A stretch of DNA of 64,000 nucleotides from the NCBI GenBank assembly GCA_002811645.1, contig PDIP01000039.1, positions 47,061 to 111,060 of the forward strand, given 5' to 3'. The translations under genes and the position numbers were made by a program. Below are positions 10,452-22,901 of the stretch, piece after piece; within the stretch, counting starts at the first letter, position 1, and the number at the start of each line of letters is the position of its first letter. The DNA is from Corallochytrium limacisporum Hawaii (taxonomy: Eukaryota; Protista; Pluriformea). The notes below the pieces were generated by a model. The model was not told the origin of the DNA and made no database searches. It was given only the letters and a program-made list of their open reading frames with translations.

Positions 10452-13146
10452 GATTGGTTTTGTTCTCGTGTTCCCAGAAACCTTATGTCAACATCCGCAG
10501 TCAGAGCCATACCCGTCGCCATAGGCCCTTGAATTGGTCGATTTCTTTCTTACCTTCACCAGACCACTTCATTTCGTCTAGGGCATTCGACATGTCATGC
10601 GGAGTTTCGTCGATACTCTGCGTAGTTCGCCATCGGACAGGAGGCAGGGAAGCAAGACAATCGGCTACCAGAATGGAGAGACCGAAGAGGAAGGAATGTA
10701 ATGTTGGCAGCAGCCGGTGCCTAAGATTGTGGAAAGGCAGACATCTATCTAGCGGAGCGCGCAGAGATTCCAGCAACGGCGAGGCCATCCGTTTTCCTCC
10801 ACTCGCACCACACTTCCAGTTGGTCCATACAATATGTATAGAGTTTGAGCAAAATCTACCCGAAATCAACCCCTCGCGAAATTCTTTTCACAGGCACAGC
10901 GGACTGGGAACAGATAAGAACCGCAGAAACGGACACACGGTGGCACGGTGACGCTCTTTGAGACATATCTACCCACACGAAATCCCCCCCCCCGTCTTAT
11001 AGAAAATAACTGACAATGTTTTCAACATCCGAGGGAATTGGCATGAAAAGCCGAATTTCTACGCTCTCTCTTGGGGCTCGCGTCGCGTTTAAAGTGGGGC
11101 AGAACGAAGGGGCCAAAGGGGGGAGAAGGGGGAGGGGGGAAAGACAGCAGCCACTCCTCCACTTCCAAAGATGGCCTCTCCTCCTTCTTCGGGCACTGTG
11201 CAGAAAACGCCGTCGGTGATTGGTAGAGAAAGTATGAGGCACCGTCGCGAGAAAGTGAAATCCTTCAGACTCTCGCTCTCGCTGTTCACTGACTGCCACC
11301 CGACCAATGGCGGTCCAGGAGCTCATCGCTTTTTTTTTTCCCCTTTGTGAGGACCCACACTTCCGCGGACGGAGTGGCTCCCAAGGTTGGAGATGAAGGG
11401 ATGAGTCCGTCCGCTCCGCTGCGCTATTGGACCTTTAAGTCCAAAGGCAGTCTGACGTCTTTTTCAATCAAAACTCGAACTTTCCCTCTCTCTCTCTCTC
11501 TCTCTCTCTCCCCCTTCTCCCCTTTTCTAGGAATCATTCTACGTTGACTGCCACTTTGGCGTCTGACAGGTCCTGGGTTTCTGGTTCCTTTTTGTGGGCA
11601 ACCCACCGTTCTCCCTGGTCTTTGGTGGGGGAGCGCGCATGGTGGGAAACGACACCCCCTCTTTTGTCCTTTTCTTTTTTTTGGTTGTGTTGCTTAAGCT
11701 TTCCTCGCACAATTTTGCCCGCGGGTGGAGGACATCGGACATGGCGAGACGTGTGCAAGCTTAGGAGGAAAACGATATCACCCTGGCCTCCCCCCCTCTT
11801 TTTTTACACACACACACACTCACACACACACACACGGACGGCGCGCGCAACAGCCGTTGTCTGTGATTCATCTGTAGCCAGTTTTAGACACAGGAAGACG
11901 AAAGAAGAAGAAGAAGAAGGGGGGAAGGGACGGTGCAGCAGCAACTGGGCAGCCGCAATCAGCGACGAGGATTTTTTCGCTGTTGCTTCGTTCTGCTTCG
12001 GAATCTCGCCACCACACATCTCCCTTTCCCTTTTCCTTCTTCTGACATTGGAGGAAAGACGGCCCCGAGATCTGGCTTCTAATGGTCCACCCCCACCCCC
12101 TCCTTCCCCCGCCTTGGCTCCTGCTTGCCCGTTTTCCTTTTTTTTCCCTCTCTGCCTGCCTTATTCTGCGCTCCGATGCGCCAGGCGGCTGGCCCTCGTC
12201 TTCCTCTTTTCCACAGTACGGTTTTAATGTGTATGTCGTACGCATCGTCTGTCTTCCTGTTGGTTGGCAGTGGTGGAGAAATAGGAACGAGAGGAAAAAA
12301 AGGTCACGTATCGAAGATACGGAGACCCTCGACACCACAGCAGACGTTTGTGCGAACAGATGGATGGTGGCCTCAGTACGCAACCGGGTAACGGAAAATG
12401 TGTAGGCCCTAACCTTTTTTTTTTTCTGTTTGGTTTGCGCCCACAATAGACCTTACCTCTACAACCGACCAGTCCAGTCCCCTCTTCCCATTCCATCTCC
12501 TGCCCTGATGTGGGCGGAAGCTTGATCCTACGCTGTGTCGAAGGAAGACTGTGCCCTGGTAGGCCAGCCATTGGTGGTGGTGGTGCGTCGTATTACTTTC
12601 GGGACAATTTGGGTCCGCAAACATGAAAAGGTGGTCAAGCTCCTAACCAGCGGTGTCCCCATATTGTTCTGTTATGGGCATGACCTCCCTTAACAATGGA
12701 CGTGTACCCCAATACAAACCGAGGTCAGTTCAAAAGCAGTCACATCTGTCAACAGGAATGAAATGAGAAAGGTAGGGGCCTCACTTTTGTACATCTGGGG
12801 CCAGAAAATCAGGCCATTTAGTATATAAACAGAAAGCCCTGACGTCCCCCAGCATAAAGTAGGGTTCGCCGACCAACAATGGATTCCATTATGGCCGTGC
12901 CCTTGTGTTGGGGAGGAAGTTTTTTCCACATTTTCAAGGACTTAATATGACGAGTTTGTGCCTTGCTGATCTTGATAACGCACGCATAATGCGGTAGAAG
13001 CCTTCACTTTCTTTATTCAATCTCTAGTTTCTATTGTTACAAACCAACCTCCCGTGTACGACGAAGGTACGCACGTTGGTGCGCAATACTAATATCTAAG
13101 CCCACCAAGCGAGTGAGCTGAACAGCTCGACATGTGATGATTCTCA

Positions 13147-14907
13147 TCATGCTTCCCCGGGGTCATTGCGGCGAGGAGATGGATGGCGACGGCTAGAACT
13201 ACCGCTGTCCGAGTGTTCACTTCGTGACGGCGTCGTGGGTTCCGGTAAGCCAACCCTGTGGTAAAGATTCGCTCTCACTTGGGATGCACTGCGGGGCCCG
13301 GGTCTGTAGGGAATCTCATCAATGAGCAGGTAGGGCTCACCCTGGAATTCACGAGTGTCCAGTAGTGAGAATGTCGCGTAGCTTTGTACTGCCTGACGAC
13401 CAGCCAGAATGTCATCCACATCCTTACGAGTTTCGACTGCCATATCTTCCGGATACCAACGATACATAATAAGGCCCACCAACAGGACAGCCAGGGAGAC
13501 ATAATCGGCTGTGCTGAGCTGGTGCGTAGCTGGTCCCGCAAGAAAAGCCCATTCAAACAGGAAATCAGACAGAGCAACGCGCAGAGCAGATGCGATTACC
13601 GCCAGTGTAGCTGATCCGTGCTTAAAGACGTACAAAATGACAATATTGTACGTGAAATTGAAGATCACGAAGCAGGCAAAAACGTAGGGTGTCTCACTGC
13701 AGTGTGTGTCCAATGGGGTGGGGTTGATGCCACCGAAACACTTGGTTGCATTCCACATATAAGTGAAGAAAGTTGAGGGCGTCACGACAACACCGCCCGC
13801 AAATGCCTTGATGAAGATCAATGGTGAAGTCAAGAATCCAACCAGCAACTGGAACACAGCGATCCACGCATTGAAGAGCCAAATATCGGTGTCCACATTC
13901 TTGAGCTCCAACTCCTTGTACACATTCGATGCGGTGGCCGGAATGTTGCTCAACAAAAGCATACCAATCATGATGGAGAGCGTGAAGGGAGACACGCTAT
14001 CCATCGCGGACTCTTTAGTGTTGTCCAGACTTGGTAAGACAGCAACCACGACACCCGCCAAGATGAGCAAGACAGCGATATAGTGAGTCCAACGATAGCG
14101 TGCCCGAAGAAAGATTGCAGAGGCCAGCATGTTCACTGGAATCACAAACTGACTAAAAATTACCTGAAGGGGCCCCGGGAGAGTAGCTGCAGGAATTGTG
14201 GACAAGACATTCTGACCACAGTCGAAGCACGCCATAATTGCAAAGAGCTTCAATGGGGCCTCCTTTAGCATCTTGGGAGTGATAATCTTCCAATGATATC
14301 TCAGCAGCACAATTGGCCAGGCAATGCAGCAGAAAGCGCAGCATAGCGCCACAGTTCCCAAATACCAGGTGTACCGTTCCATATCATTTGCAAGTCGGAC
14401 ATAGAACACATAATCAATCGAGCGGGTGGCCACCAGGATCACCAACATAAGAGAAACCTTCAATTTCGACGGTCCTTCATCTTCTGCTTCCCGAATATTT
14501 GAGACACTGCCATCTGCAACATCCATGGCAGAGGAACTCGCACTTGCAAGCTGTGGAGCAGACACGTAGTAGTAGTTTTCCACTCCCTGTAGTAGAGGAG
14601 CGACTTCGTTCGCACTCGCATAGTCACTAATGTTACTACTCTCGCTCTTCAGCCTCGGTCTGGTAAGTCCTGCCTTCGATGTCTTTCTACGAATCTTGGC
14701 TTCCTTTCTTTCCAGTGCTCCCTGCCAAGCCAGAGTCCCTTCTATGTGTTCCGACGGCGTTAGTCTGCTGTATGGCGATACAGAGCTGGCGGACTGACCG
14801 TGTGTGTCAGCATCTCCATGCTGTATTGACCGGGTATGATCGATATTCCACGCCGACGAAGTGGCGTGGCTATCTTCAGTCTGTTTTTTCTTTGAAGAAG
14901 AGGGCAT
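13147..14907 (-). CDS. CRT-like (chloroquine resistance transporter/CLT family) drug-metabolite transporter
   Basis: About 10 hydrophobic helices after a long low-complexity N-terminus; LPGPLQVIFSQFVIPVNM, PATASNVYKE, NAWIAVFQLLVG, a Cys pair (KCFGGINP...HC), FNFTYN, KHGSATL resemble CRT/CLT conserved segments; first ATG at 14907. Confidence 0.8.
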   Translation of the reverse strand: MPSSSKKKQTEDSHATSSAWNIDHTRSIQHGDADTHGQSASSVSPYSRLTPSEHIEGTLAWQGALERKEAKIRRKTSKAGLTRPRLKSESSNISDYASANEVAPLLQGVENYYYVSAPQLASASSSAMDVADGSVSNIREAEDEGPSKLKVSLMLVILVATRSIDYVFYVRLANDMERYTWYLGTVALCCAFCCIAWPIVLLRYHWKIITPKMLKEAPLKLFAIMACFDCGQNVLSTIPAATLPGPLQVIFSQFVIPVNMLASAIFLRARYRWTHYIAVLLILAGVVVAVLPSLDNTKESAMDSVSPFTLSIMIGMLLLSNIPATASNVYKELELKNVDTDIWLFNAWIAVFQLLVGFLTSPLIFIKAFAGGVVVTPSTFFTYMWNATKCFGGINPTPLDTHCSETPYVFACFVIFNFTYNIVILYVFKHGSATLAVIASALRVALSDFLFEWAFLAGPATHQLSTADYVSLAVLLVGLIMYRWYPEDMAVETRKDVDDILAGRQAVQSYATFSLLDTREFQGEPYLLIDEIPYRPGPRSASQVRANLYHRVGLPEPTTPSRSEHSDSGSSSRRHPSPRRNDPGEA

Positions 14908-16034
14908 ATTCTCTAACACTCTATATACCTTGCGGCGTAATCCCCTTACATTGTTTCCTAAGTTGACAGTCGATCACAAATATATTTGTACTGCGATCTT
15001 GCGTTGTGCTACTATTGCAAACTGTCTACTTTGAAATTGTTTGTGTCAAAATACAATCTATAAGCCACCTTAATGCCATAAGTACCAATCTCGCCATGGG
15101 TTGGATACGCATTCATCGTCCATATGTCCAGGTGGGTCCTCCACAAACACATAGTTCCACCCCAAAGCCACTGCGGCACCCCTCTCCAACCCTCTCTCCC
15201 CACGCCCCAACAGCGCTTGACTGTGTATTTCAGAAGGTCGTCCTCCTTAACCTGCGAAACAGTACGTCAGCACCACCGGCTACACGAGTGGCCCTCCGGT
15301 GGTTTCCCTTTGTAGCGGGTCTCGCAAGGTGTCCCGCTCAAGACCTGTGCGGGGGTGTGGGGACCCCCTGCAAATGTGGCAGTCACTCCATCAAGATCCG
15401 CGATCGGAGGCAGTGACCAGAGAGGGCAGACGCTAGTGATTATATACCCCACTGCTGCCATTTTCTCCCAGTAGCTGTTTTTTTACTTGCGTGTATCCGA
15501 CACAAGTATTCATCCTCTCAAGCCCCAACATTGGCACTGTTTGTCTGTGTGCCTGGGTGGATCGTATTTCCTTCCCACAGTGTGGAGAGGGCCATACTTT
15601 CAGTACTGGGTCGGCCGCTGCAATGATCAACTACTACGGAAGTCTTTTTTATTACCGCACACACACTACCAACCCATCAACCGTATCACCAATTTGTGTG
15701 TCCCCAGCCGCCGGACCGAGACCGACCCTCCCTTCTCAACGCTCGGTCTCATCCCAGCGGCAGGGGGATCCTGGGCGCGAAAATTTTGGAGAGACCAGAC
15801 TGCCCTGGTGGTGTCCCTGCGTCCCATCCAGGAGAGTGTTCCTCCGCGACGTGTTTTACAGAAGAGACACTGGCAAATGAGAACCTCCATTTGTCTCCTC
15901 GCCGTGGTGCTGTACTTAAAGAACATCATAATGATTATGACTCTCTGAAGACAATAGCGCAATGAATAAGAGATCTCTGGAAGGCTATCGGGTTGAGGGA
16001 CTTACCGGAGGAGCTTCGCTAATGCATCACACAG

Positions 16035-17930
16035 ATGACTCATATGTTCAGCATACCCGAAGATGTCCCGGCGGACGTATGCACGTGCAATCGGAATAAC
16101 TGTGAACACGAGGAATGTTTTGATCATGCTGAAAAAGAAAATACAGAGTTGAAATGGACTGGCACCTTGGATCAACGACGGATGAAAGCAATGGAGCTCG
16201 CGGCAGAAGATCTTCTGAAATCTCTGGATCTGAAAGAAGAACAGAACATACTCAAAACCCTTCTACAGATAATGCGATCTCAGCGAACCGTATTGGGGCC
16301 TTCCGGCAATCGTGTCATTGGTAATGAGATGCAAAAAATAGCTGAGATGATAGGAATTCCAATGGCAGATCTTCTTGCCGAGACCGAGGTATATAGGCAG
16401 TCATATGAAACCGCGTTCCCGAAGAAAAGTCCCGGAATAGTAAGCAAACCGATGTCCAACAGCACCACAATGATGACAAGAACCACCGGTGTGAATTCAA
16501 GCTTTAACTCTGTCTCATCAAAGACCAATTCTCACTCAAGTAGACCTGGACTTGGTGGCGACTTTAGCCGACACATGCAGGCGGGATTCAACTACGGAAA
16601 GAAAGCAAGGAAGCAGCACTTCGAAAAGGACTCTAAGGCTGATTTTTCACCTCCAAGTCGTTCGGAACACCAGCCAATTAGGTCTCGGTTGCTCGCCAAG
16701 CGTGGGTCAGACAGCGACGACGAACCGCAAGATGTCAAACATAACGATTTCAAGACAGGAATGCAACAGTACCGGGAGGATCAGAAGCACACAAATGGTT
16801 CGAGACCTGGTGTTGATCAGCGTGCAGGACTCGGGTCTGGACCACCACGCAGGGTTCCATATTATGGATCGAGACCAGGACAACCGCATGAAATGCGCAA
16901 ATCTGAAACTGACAAACGACTAACTCATGCATTCAATCAGCCACACAACCCAAGCCGCAACCAAGGACTTGTGTCCAAAAAGAGAAAGCAAGAAGAAGAA
17001 GAGGTAATCGATGGGGACGACGAGTACAAGGGACTGGATCCAAAACTCGTTGAAATTATCAAGAACGAGATTCTGGACCTTAAAAAACCGATCACCTGGG
17101 ATGATATCGCTGGTTTAGGGCACGCGAAGAAGAGCATTATGGAGATCGTCGTATGGCCCATGCTGCGGCCGGAGGTTTTCAAGGGACTGAGAGCGCCACC
17201 AAAGGGTCTCTTACTATTCGGTCCACCTGGAACAGGTAAAACAATGATTGGAAAATGCATTGCAAACGAAGCAGGCGCTACCTTTTTCTCTATTTCTGCA
17301 TCATCCATGACTTCAAAGTTTGTGGGCGAGGGCGAAAAGCTCGTTCGAACTCTGTTCGGGGTCGCGAAGGTTCACTCTCCGGCTGTCGTCTTCATTGATG
17401 AGATAGATTCACTATTGACACAGCGGAGTGAGAACGAACATGAGAGCGCGAGACGGATTAAGACCGAATTCTTGGTTCAGATGGACGGTGTTGGAGGTGG
17501 CGACGAGCGTATCCTTGTTGTAGGCGCGACAAACCGTCCAACTGAGCTCGATGAAGCTGCGCGGAGACGCTTCGTTAAGCGTTTGTACATTCCCTTGCCG
17601 GATGGTGAGGCAAGACTGGCTATCCTGGACAATCTATTACAGCGGGAGGGCGCTAGCCTAACGGACGATGACAAACAAGAGCTAGTTGAGAAGACTGACG
17701 GCTATTCAGGTGCTGACATGGCCAATCTTTGTAAGGAGGCTGCCCTGGGCCCTCTGAGAGAGATTACGGATATTCGCAATGTCAACGCAAGCCAGATTCG
17801 CGCCATCGATATGCGGGACTTCAACTATGCAATGACTCAAGTGCGAGCCAGTGTGAGTGAAAAGGACCTTGATCACTACTTGCAGTATGCAAAGGACTTT
17901 GGCAGCATTGGTATGCCAAGTTCGGCCTAA
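16035..17930 (+). CDS. FIGNL1: Fidgetin-like 1 AAA ATPase
   Basis: [19 protein letters not shown], Walker A GPPGTGKT, Walker [30 protein letters not shown]. Confidence 0.9.
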   Translation: MTHMFSIPEDVPADVCTCNRNNCEHEECFDHAEKENTELKWTGTLDQRRMKAMELAAEDLLKSLDLKEEQNILKTLLQIMRSQRTVLGPSGNRVIGNEMQKIAEMIGIPMADLLAETEVYRQSYETAFPKKSPGIVSKPMSNSTTMMTRTTGVNSSFNSVSSKTNSHSSRPGLGGDFSRHMQAGFNYGKKARKQHFEKDSKADFSPPSRSEHQPIRSRLLAKRGSDSDDEPQDVKHNDFKTGMQQYREDQKHTNGSRPGVDQRAGLGSGPPRRVPYYGSRPGQPHEMRKSETDKRLTHAFNQPHNPSRNQGLVSKKRKQEEEEVIDGDDEYKGLDPKLVEIIKNEILDLKKPITWDDIAGLGHAKKSIMEIVVWPMLRPEVFKGLRAPPKGLLLFGPPGTGKTMIGKCIANEAGATFFSISASSMTSKFVGEGEKLVRTLFGVAKVHSPAVVFIDEIDSLLTQRSENEHESARRIKTEFLVQMDGVGGGDERILVVGATNRPTELDEAARRRFVKRLYIPLPDGEARLAILDNLLQREGASLTDDDKQELVEKTDGYSGADMANLCKEAALGPLREITDIRNVNASQIRAIDMRDFNYAMTQVRASVSEKDLDHYLQYAKDFGSIGMPSSA

Positions 17931-18005
17931 CTGGCTCAACCTTATTGATAATTTCATGTGTATCAGTTTAATGTCGTGTCATGATTAATCTACATATGTT
18001 GCCAT

Positions 18006-19136
18006 TCATGCGTTTGCGATGTATGCCTCCACAGATGGCAGGATCACCTTGCGGGACACTACAAGGTTAAGTTGTTTGTATGCTTTAGGTACCTCAGGGT
18101 CATTCAGACTTTCGACAACAATTTTCTGCTCCCCCGTTTCTTGAAGATGTTTGATGAGTGCTTCAGTTAGATCGTTCTCACCACTGAAGAGGATCTCACG
18201 GTGGAACTGTTTCTTTTCATCGACAAAGCTGGACATAACAATGAGGGCATCTAGCTTATGCTTCGTCTGGAACTCAGCCATCACACGTTCCAAGCTTTTC
18301 CCATCACCGACCCGCTTCTTGAACTCTTCCACAGTTTCATTGATGCTCGAAATTCCTACTCTACTCCGACCATTCGGGCTTGTCTGCTTATAGTCCATAC
18401 GGAGCAACTGTTTAACACTGAAGGTGCTCGTATCGGCACGTGCTCTTTGCAGCTGGTCAAAGAAGTCTTGGTCAGACATCTTCTCGAGCACTCCCTTGCG
18501 CAAAATGTTTGCCATTGCTATATCCTTTTCGGTGGCGCGTTGCGCCTCCGGCTTCATGCAAGCCGTGTCAAGAAGAATGGTACCGTGGGCCATGGTGCAC
18601 AATTCATGTTCAGTTGTGATATCCCCAGACCAACTCTGGTTCAGTTCTTCCATGACCAAAGACGAGCATGATCCAACCTTCTCGATGATACGGACCGCCT
18701 GAGGATGGGCCCCGGCGTCTTCATGATGGTCGATGATTTTTGTAACCTTGTCTCCGATATTGCCGAACTTTCTGTGCAAGGCATTGTGGTCCAGGAGCAC
18801 GATTTCTAGGCCCGGCGCATTCACAAGATCTTCTGCTGGTAAGTCATCGATGAAGAATAAGTTTTCTGCATCCATATCACACTTTCGGAAGAGGAAATCA
18901 ATGTTGGGGCGCAAGTGGATATCTTCCATTGGAATCTGAACTACGGGAATATGTACTTCATTGTCACCCTTACTAGTCAGGAACCCGGTGTAGGCAGCGG
19001 CCAGCGCACTGACTACTGAATCTTGGTCTGCAGACTCATTACCAATATACACGCAGCAGCGACTCACTGTCTTCAAAAACTTCAGATCCTTTAACGTGCC
19101 CACACGGGCCAGAAACTGAGCCAGCGATCTCGTCAT
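18006..19136 (-). CDS. PRUNE1: Exopolyphosphatase Prune/PPX1 (DHH + DHHA2)
   Basis: GNESADQDS, LLDHN, IIDHH, VGSCSSLV, ILLDT, DYK, SRKVILP motifs. Confidence 0.92.
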   Translation of the reverse strand: MTRSLAQFLARVGTLKDLKFLKTVSRCCVYIGNESADQDSVVSALAAAYTGFLTSKGDNEVHIPVVQIPMEDIHLRPNIDFLFRKCDMDAENLFFIDDLPAEDLVNAPGLEIVLLDHNALHRKFGNIGDKVTKIIDHHEDAGAHPQAVRIIEKVGSCSSLVMEELNQSWSGDITTEHELCTMAHGTILLDTACMKPEAQRATEKDIAMANILRKGVLEKMSDQDFFDQLQRARADTSTFSVKQLLRMDYKQTSPNGRSRVGISSINETVEEFKKRVGDGKSLERVMAEFQTKHKLDALIVMSSFVDEKKQFHREILFSGENDLTEALIKHLQETGEQKIVVESLNDPEVPKAYKQLNLVVSRKVILPSVEAYIANA

Positions 19137-19821
19137 TTGCGCTGGCCTGGTTCCATGTCTGTATGGGGAACTTTAGCTCCGGCTGTGGGGTTCCCATACT
19201 GGCTGATCTAAGTCACCATCGCCTGTGGAAGGGGTCCATCCTTTGCTGTGTGGATGTGTACCCTGACCTACCTTCAAGCCTGGAAGAATGGATCTATCGT
19301 CCTATCTATGCCGTTCCTACCTTCCGCTACGATTCCGTGCTGCACCGTTCCAATCACCCTCCCTCGTCGTTCCCTTCGCTCAAATGCCGAAGTGTTTACC
19401 TGCACTCATGGCTCAGCCCGGTGGCAGAGGGATAGCCTCGCGTGTGTCCGCCTTCCCCAGAGTCAATATACGAAGCGATCGTACCCGGTGGCGAAGGAGA
19501 GAAATGGAGGGGCCAGCAGGTGGTATCCCTGAGACCCACCAGAAACTGCCCAGCAGCCACGGCAGCCACACCGCTGGCTTCCCTTGCCATCTCTGAAACA
19601 TTCTAGAGTACCCCACCACGCGAACCGACTGGACTAGCAAAATGTCCTTGGATTTGGTTTGTATTACATTCACTATGGAGAAGTGAAGATGAGTACATTC
19701 ACTATTGCCCCTCACAGGTGCAGCAAGTGCAACTGTAAACTGTTGTCCAGTGACCAGCTGAAGAAAGTGGTGATACAGAGATCTTTGCAGGCATGTACAT
19801 GATATATTCGTATGCAGTGTT

Positions 19822-21267
19822 TCAGAGTTTGGCCTTCTGCTGCACTTCAAAGTCGCTTGCCATATTGGACCACGACTTGATCAAATGGTGTGCGATGGCA
19901 TACTTAGGAGGGACCCAGTAGTTGCTTCGGTGGCCAAACATGTCACGCACCTCCTCCTTCGTAAACCACCGAGCGGCCTCAATCTCTTCTTCCTGGATGG
20001 TGATGGCTTCCGTCTCTGCAAACCCAATGCACCCAATCATCATCTGCATTGGATATGGCCAGGGTTGATTGCTGTGGTAACGCACAGGTCCCACAACAAC
20101 ACCAGTTTCTTCCTTGATCTCCCGCCGTACTGCAGCCTCTAGACTTTCGCCACCTTCGACGAAGCCAGATAAACAAGTGTACATTCCCGTAGGCATGCCC
20201 TTGTTTCGGCCAAGTAGACATCTGCTGCCATCCTTGCTGACCACCAAGGTGATGACGACGGGATCAGTTCGTGGGTAGTGCGTATTGGTCAAAACCTTAC
20301 GAGTTGGACACGCCGGATCCGTGCATTCCAGCTTGTGACCTGCCTCCACAACAGCGCTCTGGCTGCCACATTTTGGGCAGTAGACATGTGCCTTCTGCCA
20401 TTCTAGCAAAGCGCGCGCATAGGCAACTATGGACGCATCATACTGATTCAGATTGAACAAGCGACGATCGTGCACACCTGCGTAAATAGCATTCCGTGCT
20501 GCGGTGTCAAATGGCTTCTCCTGCTCAAAGGCCCAGAAGGTGTTGCCCCTATGTTCGTCGATGCCGAGAAAGACCCAGTGCTTCAGTGACATGACGTCAA
20601 CAGCCGGTTTCTGGCTGCGGAGGTCAAGCCCGGTTTGCCAACAAATTGCAACATTCTTGGATTCGACGCTGGTCGCGACCAAGGGGGCCCCGTCCCGGAA
20701 TACCAAGAACCGAGCATTCACCTCCTTAACTGCATTCTTTAGCCATGCCGCATCCTTCCGGTAGTCAGCAGAGCGATCAAAGGTAGTTTTCATGGCCGGT
20801 GAGAAAAAATTGGGCTTGCTAGGAGCAAGACCCACACTCAGCAGACGCTCCCTCTCTGACATAGTCTTGTCCTGTATGGAAAGGTCATCCTCATCGAGAA
20901 AAGATCCGCCAGTGGCTGCCTGCTTCAGGACTTGAACCACTCGCTTATGTCCCCAAAATTTAGCAACGTCTTCAGCAGTCTGTCCCGAATCATTGACAAG
21001 CAGTGGATCTGCACCGCAGCGGACCAATGTCTGCACCACGGCGACATTTCCTAGTCGCGATGCAAGCATTAACAATGTCCAACCTCTCATATCCTCTCCT
21101 GGCACAGTGTCCGGATCAATGCCATTACGGACCAGTTTTTCCACTGTCGCGCTCTCACCCCTGAGGACAGCGGCAGTTATTTGCCGGTCCCAGTTTGCTT
21201 GGTTCCTCATACTATTCATGGCTGGTTTCCGATTTCTGCTCCCTGCACCAGACCTTGTGCATGCCAT
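19822..21267 (-). CDS. NUDT12: NAD(H) pyrophosphatase / NAD-capped RNA hydrolase NUDT12 (ankyrin + NudC), PTS1-like end
   Basis: Ankyrin repeats (GWTLLMLAS, GQTAEDVAKFWGH), Zn knuckle CPKCG...CTDPAC, YPRTDPVVI, Nudix box GFVEGGESLEAAVRREIKEETGV, QPWPYP, C-terminal AKL. Confidence 0.92.
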   Translation of the reverse strand: MACTRSGAGSRNRKPAMNSMRNQANWDRQITAAVLRGESATVEKLVRNGIDPDTVPGEDMRGWTLLMLASRLGNVAVVQTLVRCGADPLLVNDSGQTAEDVAKFWGHKRVVQVLKQAATGGSFLDEDDLSIQDKTMSERERLLSVGLAPSKPNFFSPAMKTTFDRSADYRKDAAWLKNAVKEVNARFLVFRDGAPLVATSVESKNVAICWQTGLDLRSQKPAVDVMSLKHWVFLGIDEHRGNTFWAFEQEKPFDTAARNAIYAGVHDRRLFNLNQYDASIVAYARALLEWQKAHVYCPKCGSQSAVVEAGHKLECTDPACPTRKVLTNTHYPRTDPVVITLVVSKDGSRCLLGRNKGMPTGMYTCLSGFVEGGESLEAAVRREIKEETGVVVGPVRYHSNQPWPYPMQMMIGCIGFAETEAITIQEEEIEAARWFTKEEVRDMFGHRSNYWVPPKYAIAHHLIKSWSNMASDFEVQQKAKL

Positions 21268-21866
21268 AGTAATGGCTCAGTGTGGCAGAGAAGTACTCTG
21301 TCTTGAAGTACCAATGGAAACATCACGTTGTGTGAATAACCCACCCTTACCCAATACCAAGGCGTATACTACTAGTCGAAATGACATGAGATCTTCTTAA
21401 TCTACTTCATTTCTACGCAGTCGAATTGTCCACCCTCAGCTGATCTGTACCCTTCCGTCTGCCGGTTCGTGTAGCGCCCGTGCACGCTAAAATTAGCAAC
21501 CGGCTACGAGACTGGTAGATTATCTATGAAGCGTGGGGCCCCTCCCTTCACAACCTGCTTTCCTCCGTCACTGCCATCGAGAGCCAATAATTAGGCCCCG
21601 GATTCGGAGCTTGGCGAAGAGCACCACGGGTGGGTCTCCGCGGTGAGGAACCGAGAATTAGAACCCGTGTGCCAGACCAAGACAGAACACCTACTCCAAG
21701 GGACACGCATGTACGAAAGTACTATTTCAGTGGCACATTAAGCAAGGAGAACATGCTCAATACCATAAGCAGAATAGCATACTCACAATGAAATAGACAT
21801 CATACTTTGTACAGCATGCTACTGAAGACGTTTAGGATCCCAGTTCGTTGATCAGACGGGAACACT

Positions 21867-22631
21867 ATGACTGAACTTCAAGCCCAGATGGAAGAATGGG
21901 CTATGGAGCTGGAAATGCTGCAATCTATTTATCCTGACGAAGTAGAGTTGCTGCATGATTGGACAGATACAGATGACAACGGATTTCGCATTCATCTGCA
22001 CCCAAGGACAGGGGATGACGAGGATGCACGACTGCTGCTTATTATCCTGCGCTTCGACATGAAGAGAGCAGATGGAACAGTGAATGTAGACATTGAGAAA
22101 AGCCGTGGATTAGACCCAGACGAATACACAAAACTCTTGGTTAAATCGAGGGATGATTTGCTGGAAGGTAAAACCTTATACGAGTGCATTGAAGACGCAC
22201 AAAGTTATTTGACAGATTGTAATGATCGGCCGGGAGGGGTGTGTGCCATTTGTCTGGAACCATCTGATGCGAGACCTGAGATGAAGAAGACTTCATGCTA
22301 CCACCTCATGCACAAGCGCTGTCTCGGTAAATGGTTAAACTACATGACAGAGTACACTGAGAAGGGAGTGCCGTGCCCGGTCTGTGGCCGTCCCATTGAC
22401 GTCAGTGATGTTTCACCTGTACCGCCATTAGAGTCTGCATGGGACGCTAAAACCTCCCGGACAGCAGATATCCCAGACTCGATACGTACTTTGCAGGATG
22501 AGAGGGGGAAACTCTTTCAAATTCAAAGGGCTAAAGGTGGCATCATTGACAAGGATATGAGAGAGAATGTCTTTGTTCTCACATCATCTTCACATGGACA
22601 GCAATCAGAATCGAGTTCCGAGCGAATGTAA
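21867..22631 (+). CDS. RNF25: RWD + RING-H2 E3 ligase RNF25-like
   Basis: ELEMLQSIYPDE RWD start, SRGL, RING CAICL...CYHLMHKRCL...CPVC, C-terminal QRAKGGIID. Confidence 0.82.
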   Translation: MTELQAQMEEWAMELEMLQSIYPDEVELLHDWTDTDDNGFRIHLHPRTGDDEDARLLLIILRFDMKRADGTVNVDIEKSRGLDPDEYTKLLVKSRDDLLEGKTLYECIEDAQSYLTDCNDRPGGVCAICLEPSDARPEMKKTSCYHLMHKRCLGKWLNYMTEYTEKGVPCPVCGRPIDVSDVSPVPPLESAWDAKTSRTADIPDSIRTLQDERGKLFQIQRAKGGIIDKDMRENVFVLTSSSHGQQSESSSERM

Positions 22632-22901
22632 CCGCATTTGTAGTTAAAGAAATCTTTCATATAGTTAGCATCGACATAAACTCATAAAACATCACCATCC
22701 TGTATCCAGTTGCTATTAGAGAATCCAATACTTATGTATTGATGAACAGTTGTGTATGTAACTAAATCGACGTCACTTTCTTACTGTGAACTCGCTGATA
22801 CCTAGACCACTTGCAACAAACTATGGTGTGCCGAGTGTTCCGTCAAGGTCTGGAGACCGGCTGCTGGTTGTGTTTGCTGCCTGTATGGATGCAAATCAGT
22901 C

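Noticed and set aside
15696-16034. In-frame upstream extension of FIGNL1 across TGA (15963-65) and TAA
   Set aside because: No recognisable homology, mixed stop types, and the ORF from 16035 is already of normal length
18006-21267. Prune and NUDT12 as a phosphoanhydride-hydrolase cluster
   Set aside because: Unrelated folds and probably different compartments; adjacency alone is not evidence
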